The notes: a model not told the origin generated them from the letters alone. DNA of 62,172 nucleotides, filler included, from Choristocarpus tenellus KU-1152 (GCA_964200185.2; 8 parts of 8 records of this genome joined end to end with filler, not necessarily neighbours in it), one strand, 5' to 3'; positions 1-14,173 are shown, counted from the first letter of the whole stretch. Numbers and translations are program-made.

Positions 1-169
1 AAGAATCGGGGGGGAGGTGGTTTGGGAGAGGGTGTCCGTTTCGATAAAACCACTCTTTTTTTTGCTGACATTTCAAATCCAACACGTGCGACCAAATCAC
101 ACCAACAAGTGCAAATCGAAAAAAGGGTGAAAAATGGACGCCGACACCCCCCCTCAGATACTTTGACCC
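1..169. mobile_element. MITE family B, right end
   Basis: Ends ...AAAATGGACGCCGACACCCCCCCTCAGATACTTTGACCC, the near reverse complement of 13904-13968. Confidence 0.75.
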
Positions 170-1379
170 ACAAAAACCATGGTATGGCAGCGGTGAGGTT
201 CATATCTTCACTAAACACATGTGCAAGAAAGCTGACTGCTGAGCATTGTGCATAATACAAACGAATTTGGAGACAATACCAAGGAGTAGCGATGTGTGTA
301 CTCTACATCAAAGCTGATTGAAAGCTGTACATAGAGCACAAATGGAAACTCTAGCAATTTAGAGTGTAGTCTGCCATTAAGCTCCATGAATAGCGCTTGT
401 GCTATGCTAGCCGGGAAGCAATCAAAACGTTGCATTGCTGTTGAACATGGTACTACTTGAAACCATCACCCCACACTACTCACAAAACAGAGAAGCAAAA
501 TTATCGGCTTCAATCCAGAATGACATGGTGTCACTTGTCACCTTAGCAAGAACTACAGTGACAAGACAAAGACAAGACCATACACAAATAGACCTAGTAA
601 ATTAAAGCTGGTGTAATCACGAGTAACACAGGAGAGAGAGGGACAAAGCTAATACCTCAGCAGTTTTCTCAGTGAAAAGTACTCATATATTACACATGGT
701 CTTCAAAGTTTACATAAACCCTTCCAGGATTAAAAAACAATAAAATACTCATGCATTGTCGGTGGAGAGTTCTCACAGAATGTGTCTGTTGTCTGTAGAG
801 TAGTCATACGTAGGTACTATTTGGGTCAAACTTTGTCTAACTGTTACATACTCAGGAGTATCTATGTGTCGATTCTCCTTTCTAACAATTGTACCCCATT
901 CTCCACCCCCACATACGATCAAAACCAATCAATTCTGAAACACAAAACTTTGCAGGACAAACCCATTCTCCAGATCGTTAGAAAAAAGACCAACGGACTA
1001 AAGCGGACAAGCAAGAAAACACCAAAGCGTCACTTCCGTGCATGATCTGTACGCAGATCTATCTGGATGCACCAGCAACTCCCAAGACATCACAATCCTT
1101 CCAGAAGGGGCAGCGAACCACAAAATAATGAGACTGGAGTCGAAATCTTTGCAGCTCCCGACATAATACTCCTCACCTTCTGAAGCATCACAACTTTGTT
1201 CTCACCTACACAACTCAAAGTGCGGTGGCAGTGTCGATGGTGGCAGGATATGGTGGAGAAGGAAAGTTCACAACCATAACCATACAACTAAAAACAAAAA
1301 GAGGTGATAAGATACACCTACGTAAAGGTGAAGGAAATATGTGACAGTCAGTACTCCTATCATACCTCTTTCCTGTTCC

Positions 1380-1897
1380 AGTCACATTCGCTAATTCAAT
1401 GTCCATTGTGGGTGAAGGGGAAACAACTCCAACGGACAAACCTCTTTCCTGGCCGAGTCACATTCACTAATTCAATGTCCATTGTGGGTGAAGGGGAAGC
1501 AACCCATATTACACTCTGTGGAAACCCAACAGACAAACCTCTTTCCTGGCCCAGAGTCAAAGTATCTTAGAGGATAGAGCCGCATCCATTTGGGGGTCAA
1601 AATCCAACGTTGGGATTTTGATGTAATTTTGGCTATGGTGTTTGTTAGTAAGCGTCAATATCCTTGTTCCAGACACACCTTTCATAACATAAACATTTCA
1701 CCTCATCTGAACCATTTCGGATTAGGAAAATGTCATGAAAAAACCCATGGGAAGTCAAGCCCCAAACAGACAAACAGGGCAAAACTCGTACCCTCTAAGA
1801 TGCTTTCACTCCCCAGTCACATTCCCTAGTTCATTGCCCATTTGCAGGCGAAGGGGAAACGACCCACATTACACTCTGCGGAAACTCAATGGACAAG
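1380..1897. repeat. Three diverged 76-97-bp tandem units interrupted by a MITE
   Basis: AGTCACATTC.CTA.TTCA...GAAGGGGAA recurs at 1380, 1456 and 1815. Confidence 0.85.
1554..1811. mobile_element. MITE family A (Sola2-like), 258 bp
   Basis: TIRs GAGTCAAAGTATCTTAGAGGATA...TACCCTCTAAGATGCTTTCACTC with exact 4-bp TSD CCCA. Confidence 0.9.
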
Positions 1898-4800
1898 TGT
1901 GCTGTATGGTTGCAAATCACACCTCTTGTCCAAATTTGTATTGTGGAGCAAGATATGAACCATGCCAAAATGGGTATTGGAGGTGAAACCAAGTGTACGA
2001 TGTACCTACCGGGTGGATCACAAAAACACATCAATATACCGGATTCACCTGATCTTACCCCTCCCATTGCATTCTATGCAGGCATGGAAGCACTGACACG
2101 CACAATGGAGGTAATGAGATTAGTATTACATCTTAGTGAAACAAAGTAGGGAAAGAGGAATTTGTGAGGATGGGGTATACGTCTGGGTAAAATCTATGCC
2201 AACGCCATTTGTGATATGCATGTAGCCATACAAATGTCTATGGAGGTATGGGATGGCATTGGAAAGGCCACTAGTGGAGCCAGTAGGTCAATAGACAACT
2301 GTTGACTGGACGACATAAGAGGTATGATTTGGTTGCGGAGTACGCTCCCACCTTCTACATGCCATCTCACCACATCCAGCCTGCTCAACCACTCTGTTCC
2401 AATGTAAAACATCCACAAATCGTATGGCGACAGGTATATATCACAACTTACATCGGCATCAAAATGTTCACACAGCACCCCCACAATTTCAAATCTCCCT
2501 AATCTGATCCGTAAAAATGACACAATCTCACCACTTACACGTGTGAGGGCTGGGATGTCACATAAAATGCAACAGGAGGACTAATGCCATAAAAAGGTGG
2601 TAAATTAGCAGTGTATTATCATTTGCCAACAGGTATAACACGATTACGGTGTCACGATCATTAGCCTGAATGCTTCTACTGCTGAGTTATTTTACATTTG
2701 TTGTTGGATGGGAAAGGATCGACATAAACAGTACCTTTAGCAATACCTCTTTGACTTGGCTTTTAGCTGTTATGGGGGTTGAAAACCATACACTTTTTTC
2801 AGGGAGAACGGGAAATAACTAACTAGGACTATGATTAGGGCAGATAAAGAAGATTGATTTGTGAATCCCATAGATAGAGACAATACAGATAATGGAGTAG
2901 ACATGCACGAACCAAGTTTACTCATGGTGAAAATTGAAATGGTGACAGAAAAATGTACTTCTCGCCACCATCACTGGGGTTGTCTTGGGTCATAACGTGT
3001 CATAAGTTTCCTAAGTTTCCTAAGTGGACTCAAAGTTGAAACACCCTATGTCCAATGCTCACATCAGCACTCAAATTTTGTCGTATTTGATCATTGCACC
3101 ACAGATGAATTCTATTGTCTGTGCTGTTTGATGTTTAGATCACAGCGAAGTGCTGAGGAACGGTAAAAATAGATATTCCATGTTTTTCTCCTCAGCTATG
3201 CCATGCTTGAGAGGCACACATTGATGGGATTGCTATGTGACAATCCAAAACTGTTCCACCTTCGGCATTGTTCAACTGTTGGCAGATGTACAAAGCTAGC
3301 TGTGAGCAAATTTTATTGGGATTTGACTGTGAAGAGGTGCAAGGAAAAACATACTGAAAATCAATCTTACCCAAGTTGAGGGAGGGGGGAAATGAAGATA
3401 GCTTGATAGCAAGGGATTCAGGACTTTATGAGGAAGACAATACCCTTGTCATTGCCATTGAGGTCTCTGGTTCCACCCCAAGTCCCTTTGATAAACCTTT
3501 GAGTGTTCGATACATGCACTGCTTACGATAGTTGAAAACTAGTGTAAAAATTCGTCTGGTTTCCATTTCCAATGGCTCTGTCCATGCCCACAACATGCAC
3601 TAAAAGAACAAGACCAATACTGAGAAAAAATGTGAGGAAAATACAGTGGAAATTCCAATAAGAATACCCTTCCCATATCCCATCCACAGCCCTTCCCCAT
3701 CCCTTTCTCTTAGTGTTGATTTCAACCTCACTTTTCCTTCAACTCCCATTCAAACCTGGCAGAGGCGGTCCCTGACATTGACCATGTTTGTACTCTTGTG
3801 CCTCTCACAACTCAGTGGCCTGCTCCCCGGAATCCCAAATGCCGCTGCAGAGTCACATCCAAGTGTGACACAACAGAAACGCCTCTTTTTCCTTGGGGCG
3901 ATCACTCCTGCCACCTGAACAGAGTCAGAAAAAGGATCATTGGCTGAACTATGTATTGCACAAATGAGCGATATGGAGAAAACGAAATAGAGGACAACAT
4001 ATTAACAGTGTTACAGGGGAATTTTCGGAAGTTGAGAGCGGGGACACTCTTGAGAATGGGAACCACCTCCAAATCAAAATGAAAGTGGACGACTCCCAGT
4101 CCTAGGCACCACTTGTGGTCTCAGCCTCCAGAAATACCTTTTTACCACCTTGAAGAGGTTGAAGGATATCTTCTTTCACCCCTTTGCTTCGTATCTCACC
4201 AATTTGACTTCAACCATGCAGTTGTGCACCATTGCAGCATGAACTAAAAATAACATTTTTCCATCAAGTTATGAGGAATGGGGTGTGGGTGTTGATCAAG
4301 CACATTCAGTGGGCAAAGCAAGTTGGAAACCTACTTTTACAAACAGTAATTGGGGTTAGAGTATACTTTGTTTCCTGTTGTGCGTATTCCAGGAATAAAT
4401 TTGATTACCATGTATCAACTTCTTTTTTCGGATGGATCTACATGAAGTGACCCAATTTGTTGCCTATATTAGAGTTCATATACCCATATCATGGGCAAGC
4501 CATTACATCTATGCTTAGACCTTAGCCCCTCACGTGTCAGGATCCATGGATGTAATCTCCTGATAATCCAAAAACCAATTTGTAATCCCTCTTCCTTCCA
4601 AAAGCCAATATGGGCAGCACCCTCCTCAAAATTTAGAGTGTCACTGCACCGCTTTATCACTTGTAAATATAGGTCAACAGAAGCTCAGCATGTTAATTTT
4701 GGTGTGCACAAATGAATGTCATCCGTACACTGTTTTGTTGAGATTGTACTACTTTATAACCAAAAAGTAGTACAGTTGAACATGCACCTAACAGATCGAG

Positions 4801-7800
4801 GCCCAGGCCAATGTTACAAGCGGTCTGACAAGTTTGCTTACCGTCGGAGTCACCATCAGAGATGACCCTGATATCACCAAGATCAACCACCAAGTTCAAA
4901 AATTCTGGGATTGTTTCTGCAAGTACAGTCAAGTACTTTATGACAGAATTGCAGGCGCATCGCTTTAGCCTAAAATCCAAATATTGAAGGCTGTAGTATT
5001 CATGGTCTAGTATGTCCACTGAACAAGAGAACAATGTAGAAAATACAACCAAGTTACCATCGCAGCTCGCCTGGGTGTATCAGCTGTCCATAGACACAAA
5101 TACAGTGTGCATCATTTTACTAATTGACAGGCAGCAAGGCTGCTGCCAACCCCCTCACTACCCACAGCCGATGTATAATGGAAAGCTGAACCATGTTTTG
5201 TAACTATTATTTAGCCTGCAACTCCTCTCTCAATTGACTATGCAAAAGAGCAACATATAACAGAATAAACATGACACTCCAATTTTTGCTAGCTTTCCAT
5301 TGACCTCATTGTCACCGTCCCTCCCTCACCTCCACCTTCAAAGGGGCCAACTAGTCCAACCTCTAGCAGTGTCCTTCAGTCACAATGTTCTTCCCTGCTG
5401 CATTCGTCATAGAGTTCATTATTGCCCATATTCCCTCCCACATCATTGTTTGCCGCATGATCACACACACGTTGTCAATAGGTTGGCCCTCCTCAGACCA
5501 CTCCACCCCTCTAGGAGATGCAAAATCAACTTAACCCCCACTGTCATGCATGTCTCCTTCAACATTGTTTTCAGTTGTAGTCCCATCCTCACTGCTCATC
5601 TCTGTGAGGTGGGAAGTCTGGTGCGTGTCAACCCATCAAAATTGGGGGCAAGACAACTACAGGAAAAAATGATGTGGAAGGTGCAATGTACAACAGCAGG
5701 GGTTCAACACTGGACTGTGCACCCCCTCTGCATAACTTTGTAAGTTGTGGCAAACTGAAGAACGCCAGCCCATTGAGAACAGGGTGGGGAAACAATGAAA
5801 AACAATGATGTGGAAAGTAGCATGCCCATGGCAGAAGTGAGACACAGCAGGGGACACCAGTGTGGCTCATGAAATACCACAGCTAGGAACAGTTGACTCT
5901 TGGGGGTGGAGGTGAGGTGGGGGTAAAAAAGGTGACAATGAGGCAAACAAAGAGCAGAGGATCATTTGCACTACATTGACTTGTTGCTTACCATGGCGAG
6001 AGCCATGGGTAGAGATGAAGGCACAAGAGTAGGCCAACAAACATGACCCAGCTCTTTAGCACATGGTAACCACAAGTATCCCTTTAGTGCGACAATATTG
6101 ATCAGGTTAGCACAACCACTGAGTAAAAGATATCCTAGAGGAACCAGCCTGCACATTTTCATGGCTTCAATCCTGGGAAATGCACGTTGGCTTTCAATCT
6201 TCCTTGGTGCATGTGCCAACCAAATCAATTCCGCAGTTCAAAGACATCTAAAGTGCTGCATGTGTTGGTTGACCACATCGAGCCTTACAAGGAGGTTGCT
6301 GCTCAACTCCTCATTGCATAGGACATGTGTGGCAAGAACTGGACCATGTTGATCTCTAGCTGGCACACTACTTGGAGAGGGCACAGCATCGGTGGAGAAC
6401 TTTGACTCACCAAATTAGTCAAAGGAATATCAGGTGCAGTATCATTATTGGCACTCCAACCTTTGCTCTGCATAGCTATGAGGGCAAAGTCAACATAGAT
6501 CATTAAGTTAAGGGTTTTAGCGCTGACAGTCGGCACATAGTATCCAGCAAGCATAGTCAGAAATCTTTACCGGGGCAAGGAGTTGACTTGAAGATAATAA
6601 AGATTGCAGCAGTTGAAAATACAGAGGCTGACAAAGGCAAAAGGGTATACGAAACTTATGTACATTCTCTAAACATGCACCTATCCCTGAATCAGATCTA
6701 TACAATGTTCTCTTCGAGGTTCTCCACCACATCTTGCTTGTGTTGTCAGAAGAGCGGAATGGTATGAAGCTACATTAGTGTGAGAGAAAGGATGATGACT
6801 GGGAAAATACAACATAAAATCTAACACTCCTTCAGACAATGCATAAAACACCCCTCCTAATTCTCACTACCTCTCGTGGAAGGGAAACACTCTACATACT
6901 TGTCCCTGCACATACGTAATATATGAATTGCTTTCTAACAGTGAATGCGTACCCCTAACAACACATATCCAGCACATCGAAAATGAAGATCATAGGCTAT
7001 TTGGCTGAACAGGTTAGTGTATCAAGAAAAAACCTCCACTGAATGTAAGCTTGCATCTTTACAACATCGCCTCAATTATTGTGACACCTTCCTCCGCGTT
7101 CCCTGCTGCTAGTCCACACACCCCACCCTCCCCCTTTGCATTTCTTCTCTCCCTAGCTAAATCATCACTAGCACATTCTTCAGCACACATTTATTACGTA
7201 TTTCATGTCAACCCACCCCTGCACACACATGCTAAGACTCAGAGCTACACACCTGGCCAACAGAGCTGGGGTATGGTCCTTGAATAGGGGCAGGAGCAGG
7301 GGGGAAGTCCTCTCCCACAGATACCACCTCTTTCCTGCTGTGCAGTTCATCTTGTGTCTGATGTTGACTCATGTCATCATGGAACCCACACACCTCTGAT
7401 CCCCCTCTCGGTGGTACAAATGAGCCTGAATCACTGGTGATATTCTCTGCAGCCTCTCCCTCCCCGGACCCAACTTCTTCAGGCCTCTTATCATTGATAA
7501 GGGAGCACATGGCCAGGAAGCCCTTGACGAGGGCAAAAGCACATCCAGCAAGGGGACAAGGGGGCAATGAGGGCATGATTTGAGCCCTTGGTCAGAGATA
7601 CAATCTAGTGGATATGTGAAATTAATTTTTTGGGGGGAAGGGAGTGGGAATGACAGTGGGATAAGGAAGAGTTGAGCATATGCACTAACACACCTTTTGG
7701 GGTGCAAATAAGTTGTACTGAACCTAGAGCCTCCAACTTTTCCCCTCCGAATTCGGCTAAATTATTCCACTCCTACAAACACCAATTGGGGTTCCAGGAA

Positions 7801-9394
7801 TATTTCAGGCATGCATAAGGTGCTTCCCTTGTTTCACTATTATCTTGCACTTAGTCTAGCTCAATTCTACTCTAAAAAAATCCCCAAAACAATTTCCGCT
7901 TGCAGGGAGACAAAATCGGGAAAGAAATGGTGTTTGACCACAATAAGTTCACAAGCTGAGCTTGATCGGCATAGGTCACCTCTTGCAATGTACGAAAACC
8001 GGTCCATGAAAATCACAAGTGTGGGCACACAGCGTGATTTTTCTCAGTCTTCTTGGTGGCAGATTTGCACTCTGATTCTTATTCAGCATCGGGAGCAAAT
8101 CTCCACAAGTGGGTGTAGTGCTTGCTGTATCTGACAAGGCATTCAAAATGTGAATTTCCACATTTTCATGGGTATGCAATATATATAGAAAACTTTAAAC
8201 AATATATATATATATATATTTTGAAGCATTTTTTTTCAAGTTTGTGATACATTGTGTATCTACTTGAAAGGTATAACACAAATTAGTCATGTATAACCCG
8301 GAAAAAATTGCACCATATGTCCATGTTTGTGATTTTCAGGGACCAATTTTTCATACACTGTAGAAGGCAGCCTTAGAACAAACTCCGGCTTCAAACTTTC
8401 CATGATATATATATATTACATATTACATGGGAATCCTACCTGTACACCTCCACCAATAAAGGAAAGGTTGTCTATATGCCACTATTGGACTATAAATCCT
8501 AAAGTCTCTTCCATCTTGTCCTCATTTTGGGTGGTGTGATAAATTTGACCAAAGGAGGAAATAGATCAACCTTGGTTGTCTTCATGATCACAAAGGTGGT
8601 GTTATGAAAAGAGATGATGCTGTAAATACTGTCCCTCGTTCCTCTCTTCACTAAAGACGATGCAACCTCTTGCAATTCCTCCCTCACATATTGGAAGGAT
8701 AGGGGCAGCAACTCACTACATGTCTAAACCGAGACAAAACCGACTCAAATTAGAGCATAGATGTTGGAAGTGACTTGGCGAATACTTTCAACCACAGACA
8801 ACAGAACTGATAAGTTGCAAGTTCGATAGATAAATAGTCAAAGGGGGTACCAGGAACCTCTGCCAAACAAACCTCAATATTCAGGAAGACCAAACTGGTT
8901 GCAGCTCAGTTTTGTTTTATGATGCATTGTAAGTTGCACTAAAGGGGATCAGCAGCAGATCCACGTTTGATTTCACCTAATGTTACTCTACATGCCCAAG
9001 AACTTGAGTACCCCAGTCATGTGGAACAGAGGGAAAATATATCATGCATGTCTCCTTTCTAAAATTATCACATTACATTCTCTACCTCAACATTGAAGAA
9101 TGTCTTCAAAGTATCAGACAATTTCTTCTCTCTTCATTAATTTGAAAATACCAGTCGCACCTTCCCACTGCACAGAACTGTATCCAGTGCTCTGATGTTG
9201 ACCTTAAAATACAGTCAACTTCACCCAAAAATATACCAGACACACACATATTACATACCTGGAATTCTTGAACTAGGTCTTGGCTGCCAGCCATTCTGAG
9301 GGCCTCTTCTGTTATTAGTGCAAGAGAACCCTAGAGGAGTGAACAACAGCAATTGTGACAGTTTGTGTGAGGAAATAAGTGGGTGGGGGGAGGG

Positions 9395-9494
9395 NNNNNN
9401 NNNNNNNNNNNNNNNNNNNNNNNNNNNNNNNNNNNNNNTTAATTAATTAANNNNNNNNNNNNNNNNNNNNNNNNNNNNNNNNNNNNNNNNNNNN
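9395..9494. other. Artificial contig-joining spacer; also at 13969-14068, 26598-26697, 30310-30409, 33415-33514, 50799-50898 and 55926-56025
   Basis: Identical N44-TTAATTAATTAA-N44 blocks. The 12-mer places stop codons in all six frames. Confidence 0.98.
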
Positions 9495-10142
9495 CCCCCC
9501 CTCCCAGATACTTTGGGTCTCGCCTCTTCTTAACCAAGGCATCATCGAACGGTGGAATGCCCGCTACGTGAAATTTAAAGGCAATCAGATTATTGAAAGA
9601 AAAAATTGGAGTGATAAAGAGCCGCGATATATTGGCGTTCCGGGAGTGACGGAATTGTTAGTCACCCGCAAGCGAAGCAGAGTTATAGTCAAAAGTGGTG
9701 TATGACAAGAAATGAGAGGTGACGTATCCTGTTGAAAGTTCTTGGAGAACAACATCAACACAAGGAGATACGCCATGGAGAAGAATAAATTAGAATTAGT
9801 AAGAACCCATAGTAATAGTAATTACAACAATCTTGACCAAATATTAAAACGTAGAATGGTATTACCCACCTCTTCAACTCTAGAGCACTATAATATTCAT
9901 TACTATAGTAATACCGTATAAATCGTGTGATTCTGTGGCAGCGTGGTTGACTCAAGCAAGGGCGGTGAAGAGAATCACTAGGCAAGACAGACTAGACGGA
10001 CCAAGACAAACCATAACCGAGAGAGGAGGACGAGGTTAAGGTTGGACATGTGCAAGACTTCAAGGGCTTGCAGAATAATGTGGAGTGATGAGAGTCTTGC
10101 GAGGGGGGGAGCATCCCAAAAGTCAACACGTGACGACAAAGA

Positions 10143-10425
10143 GGCCCAAAGCATTTAAGAGGGTAGGGCCGCGTCCGTTCAGGGTCACAAATCCAATGTT
10201 GCGATGTTGATGATTTTTTGGCTATCTTGTTTGTCAGCAAATGCCAATATCATTGCTTCAGACACACGTTTCAAAATAGTGTATATTTCACCTACTCCAA
10301 ATTGTTTCGGAGTAGGCAACTGTGTTCACACAGAAAACCGAAAAAGGGCATAAAAAGCCTGGGGAAAGTCAAGCCCCGAATGGATAACCAGGGGCAAATT
10401 CGTACCCTCTTAATTGCTTTAGGTC
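10143..10425. mobile_element. MITE family A, diverged copy
   Basis: Colinear similarity to the other copies, with degenerate TIRs (AAAGCATTTAAGAGGGTA...TACCCTCTTAATTGCTTT). No clean TSD. Confidence 0.8.
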
Positions 10426-10889
10426 AGAAAGTATTTTATGTGTGACATCGCGGGTTGAAGATATGTCCACTACTTGTGGGATTGGTCTCTTGAAAGATTC
10501 CACGCCTCAATTATTCATAAGATCCTCCCCACTGGAATCGGGGATTCCTCACAAGGAAACTTCAATCGGTATAGCAGTATAACAGTAGATGTCAATAACG
10601 GTATAATAACAGAAAAGCTGCTTTCCGTATCCCCCCCCCTTTTGATCGGCCTTGAAGCCATGTAAACATGATTCAAGGTCGAGCAAAATGGGGAACAGGT
10701 AGGACTGTTAGTATACTATTGTACCATTGTATTACATGACTCCATTAATACAAAATTAAGTGTAATATATATACAAGGCATTTAATGAATATCTAATCGG
10801 GGATATCATTAGCCTAAGGATGATGGTATGTGATCGGCATACCAATCAAGCTTACAAGATCGAGTGTATGGATCAGTATATCAGTCACC

Positions 10890-13780
10890 CTAAATATGAG
10901 CGAGGTTGATGGATGTGGTCAGTATCGCATGAAGCTCACGGTCAACATCTGAGGGCATGTGATCAGCAAAGCAGTCAGTCTGAATACGAGTCAAGAGGTA
11001 TATGTGTCCAGCACAGATGTCTCTTGTATCTTGTATAAACCGAGGATACTCAGAATGGGGATACCAGGAGCAAACGCTATACAATATCATTAAACCATTT
11101 GAGAGGCATTTGTGATTTGACGTTGCTACCCAAGTGTTAAACAATGATTTTGATCCACACTCTGATGCATGAAAACGTAAGTGGGGGTATATGATCAAAA
11201 TGAACACACCAGACGGCGAGATCAAATATACAATGTGTGTACCCATTCTCCTTCATCAAATTCTGACAACTATTGGGATTTTCCTCACAATGACTACTAC
11301 AATATTCCAAGTAGACAACTCGGACGTACAAAGTTGATGGCTCAACTCTCCGAAAATGATACGAGATGATTGTATGGTCATTACATCATGCCATGGGGAT
11401 CATGCCACTCCAAATACAAAGAGGAAATGTGACTCACCTGAAGTCTCTTATCGCTTACCTTGCGGTAAACTTGAATATTTCCTTTCTTAAGGGGTTAGAC
11501 ATTTCGTGATGATTAGGGTTAGGGTTTCCATTTCAAGAAAATCGAGACATGATGTAATGAACAGTCACCTCTAGCACACACGGGGTTCTATTGTGCCGGG
11601 TGATACAGTCATTTCATCACCGCATGTGTTCACTCATGCAAACGAAGAGAGTTGAGATATGAAATAACATTGTATTACTAATTTATCTAATGTCCACCAA
11701 CATACATGTATAGTCTATTTTGCAAGGATTGATAAACCTGGTAATACGAGATATCAAGTCAGAACTGGTCGTGAACAGGTTAACTGATATCTGTTACCAG
11801 TAATCTAATCTCTTCAAAAAAGGATAGACTATACCCATCTATGACAAAACGACGTAAAATTATTTGTCTAAACTAAATGGTCAATCTATGAGCGGGTAAC
11901 ACGAGATCCAGGCCAAGACAAACAAGCCATAAAACACACAAACAAACAAAAAATGGTGAGGATCTGTACCTCACATCCATACAATAATCTCCTTACTGAA
12001 ACGATAGGTTAAACTATTACGGCCATACACGATATACAGCTATGCAAAGGAATTATGGTAACGGTAAATACAAATTCTCAAGTCAACACTGTGTGAGACG
12101 AGAATCTTACTGGTTACCCAATCCATCTACTGCACGATAGGCTGCAATGATTTCATGACACTGTGCGAACTGTTCCATTCTTTTGTGCAGATTGCAAGAC
12201 GGTCCATAGCCATAAAGACGAAGGCAATATATAACATGTGCACAAACGACAACCAGGACCAGGTCTATGTCTAACAATGCTATCAACAGCGTACTTGAGA
12301 CCCAAAGTATCTGTGTGGGGGGGGGGGCTGGGTCTACCGCAGGGTGTCTATTTGGGCCATAACCAGGAAACGTGCACTTGAGTTATCCCTTCGCGGTATG
12401 CAACCAAATCACACAAATATCGCGACATAAAAAAATTGGTTCCAAATGGACAGCCGCCACCTCCCCCCAGATATTTTGAGCCTGACAAAAACAGGTTGAG
12501 AGATTTAGTGGTCTACATCCGGCAATGGTAATGGTTTTCCCAGAAACAAATAATCCTCCAGTTCATTCAAGTCTGGTGTGGGAGGTTGGACTTTTGAGGA
12601 TAGTAACATTTCATTCTACCAAGATGAACGGAAAATGGACGTGGGTTTCCAGGTAATACCTAAGAATGTAATTCATACTGACCCTTCCAAGGGCGAACGA
12701 AGTTTGGATTCGGATCATCATACTCTCTCATGTGGCCTATAGACTAGAACTTTATCACCAGGTACGAAAACGGGCAAAACGAGACGTTGGTTGGCACGTT
12801 CCTAATTTTGAACGTGTTCATGGAGGTTACGGTGTGCCAACTCCAATGGTCCCTAAACGCGCTGTTCCTAAAAATATGGCCTCGTAAATGTAAGCGATAC
12901 AGAAAGCCATTATGAAGGGAAAAAATCGACATATAGATGTCGATTCCTTAACAGGTGGTGGGCCAGATTGGAGGACTGCAAATATACCTGAAATATGGTC
13001 CGAACTTGGGTTCCTGCTCCTTGCACAATTGCTCCGGATCCATTGTAGGGAAACAGTAGTGGGACTAGTATATAGTTCACGATCACTTTGGGCAGGCGTT
13101 GCTCTTGCCAATCAACGTTTGCACCGAAGGTCTCCATCACTTTCTATCAAGCAATATTTTATCGGGATCAAGTTGGGGAATCGCTCCACCTCTGTCCGGA
13201 GATATTGGTTCTCTCTTTGGGGTGGGACAATTCCGAACGAGGAAATAGCATGGGAGGGGGGGGTGACTGCGTTAATATAAAACCTTCTGAATATCTTTCG
13301 ATGAAGTTCAAAAGGTTGTTGGAACGTGGTTGTCAGGAGACATTTAATGTGGTCAAATCACATAGTAGTAAAGGCCATTCCACGGTATGGGCCCATTTCG
13401 GAAAAATCTAATGTTATATTGGACGTCAAAGAATTTGTGGTAAAATTCCATTTCAACGACTATCAATATTTTCAGATTTCGTTGGGGGTTCTATTCATGG
13501 ATCAATAGAGTGGTTTCAACATATGCCATTTATTTGGACAATAGAAGCGAAAAATCTTCTTCTCCAAAACCTGTATCACCAGACCAGTTGGGATTCCCAA
13601 CGTGCAATATCTGAAATGATTCCCTTCAGACGTTGGGTATGGGTGCGCGACATCACTATTATGTCCAATAGCCTGAAGCTTCAAGAGATCCTGAAGCCAT
13701 TAGGGCAGTACCAGGTTTGTTCTCGCGCACTCGTTGACGTGGTGCGCAATGAACGTGGGAGAGCATCGCCAAGCTGACCC
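10890..13780 (-). mobile_element. Heavily decayed LTR retrotransposon pol (Gypsy-type order RT-RNaseH-IN)
   Basis: Weak frameshifted motifs only: an RT N-terminus-like stretch near 12480-12620 and an integrase-core-like SECGSKSLFNTW...NG...YPRFI at ~11000-11170. Confidence 0.4.
12299..12482. mobile_element. MITE family B (G-tract TIR), complete short copy
   Basis: GACCCAAAGTATCTG-G-run...C-run-CAGATATTTTGAGCC. Shares the AAAGTATCT core and subterminal AAATGGAC with family A. Confidence 0.7.
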
Positions 13781-13903
13781 TATGAAGTGGCTACCTCACA
13801 ACTAGTTGAACGTAGGGGAGAAACAGGACTGTCCTGATAAAGGACACGACGAGTGTTACTGTCGCCCGAGTTGTCATGATCCTCGACGGTCGACGGCACA
13901 GTT

Positions 13904-13968
13904 GGGTCAAAGTATCTGGGGGGGGGTGTCGGCGTCCATTTTTCACCCTTTTTTCGATTTTCACAGAT
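13904..13968. mobile_element. MITE family B, left end truncated by contig break
   Basis: GGGTCAAAGTATCTGGGGGGGGGTGTCGGCGTCCATTTTT. Matching TIR tips also start the contigs at 9495-9519 and 14069-14090. Confidence 0.75.
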
Positions 13969-14173
13969 NNNNNNNNNNNNNNNNNNNNNNNNNNNNNNNN
14001 NNNNNNNNNNNNTTAATTAATTAANNNNNNNNNNNNNNNNNNNNNNNNNNNNNNNNNNNNNNNNNNNNCCCCCCCCAGATACTTTGACCCTACTTGTGGT
14101 GAGCACCAATCTCTTTTTGGAAAGTGTTTTAAAACATCGCACCCTACTTGTTTTCTTGTTTGTTTTTTTAAAG

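Larger units (their letters stand above)
250..9330 (-). pseudogene. Decayed multi-exon gene ending in a Ulp1/SENP-like (C48) cysteine protease domain, probably transposon-associated
   Basis: Frameshifted motifs occur in the expected order: KISTPV/SHYFVV../RIVMSW (~1085-1160, His and Asp region), then VQQQCN/FDC (~415-450, Q..N..DC catalytic Cys). Upstream are many broken exon-like and acidic low-complexity segments. The 5' extent is uncertain. Confidence 0.35.

Noticed and set aside
13904-14090. A single family-B element spanning the gap
   Set aside because: The flanks (AGTT vs TACT) are not a TSD, and the join is artificial.
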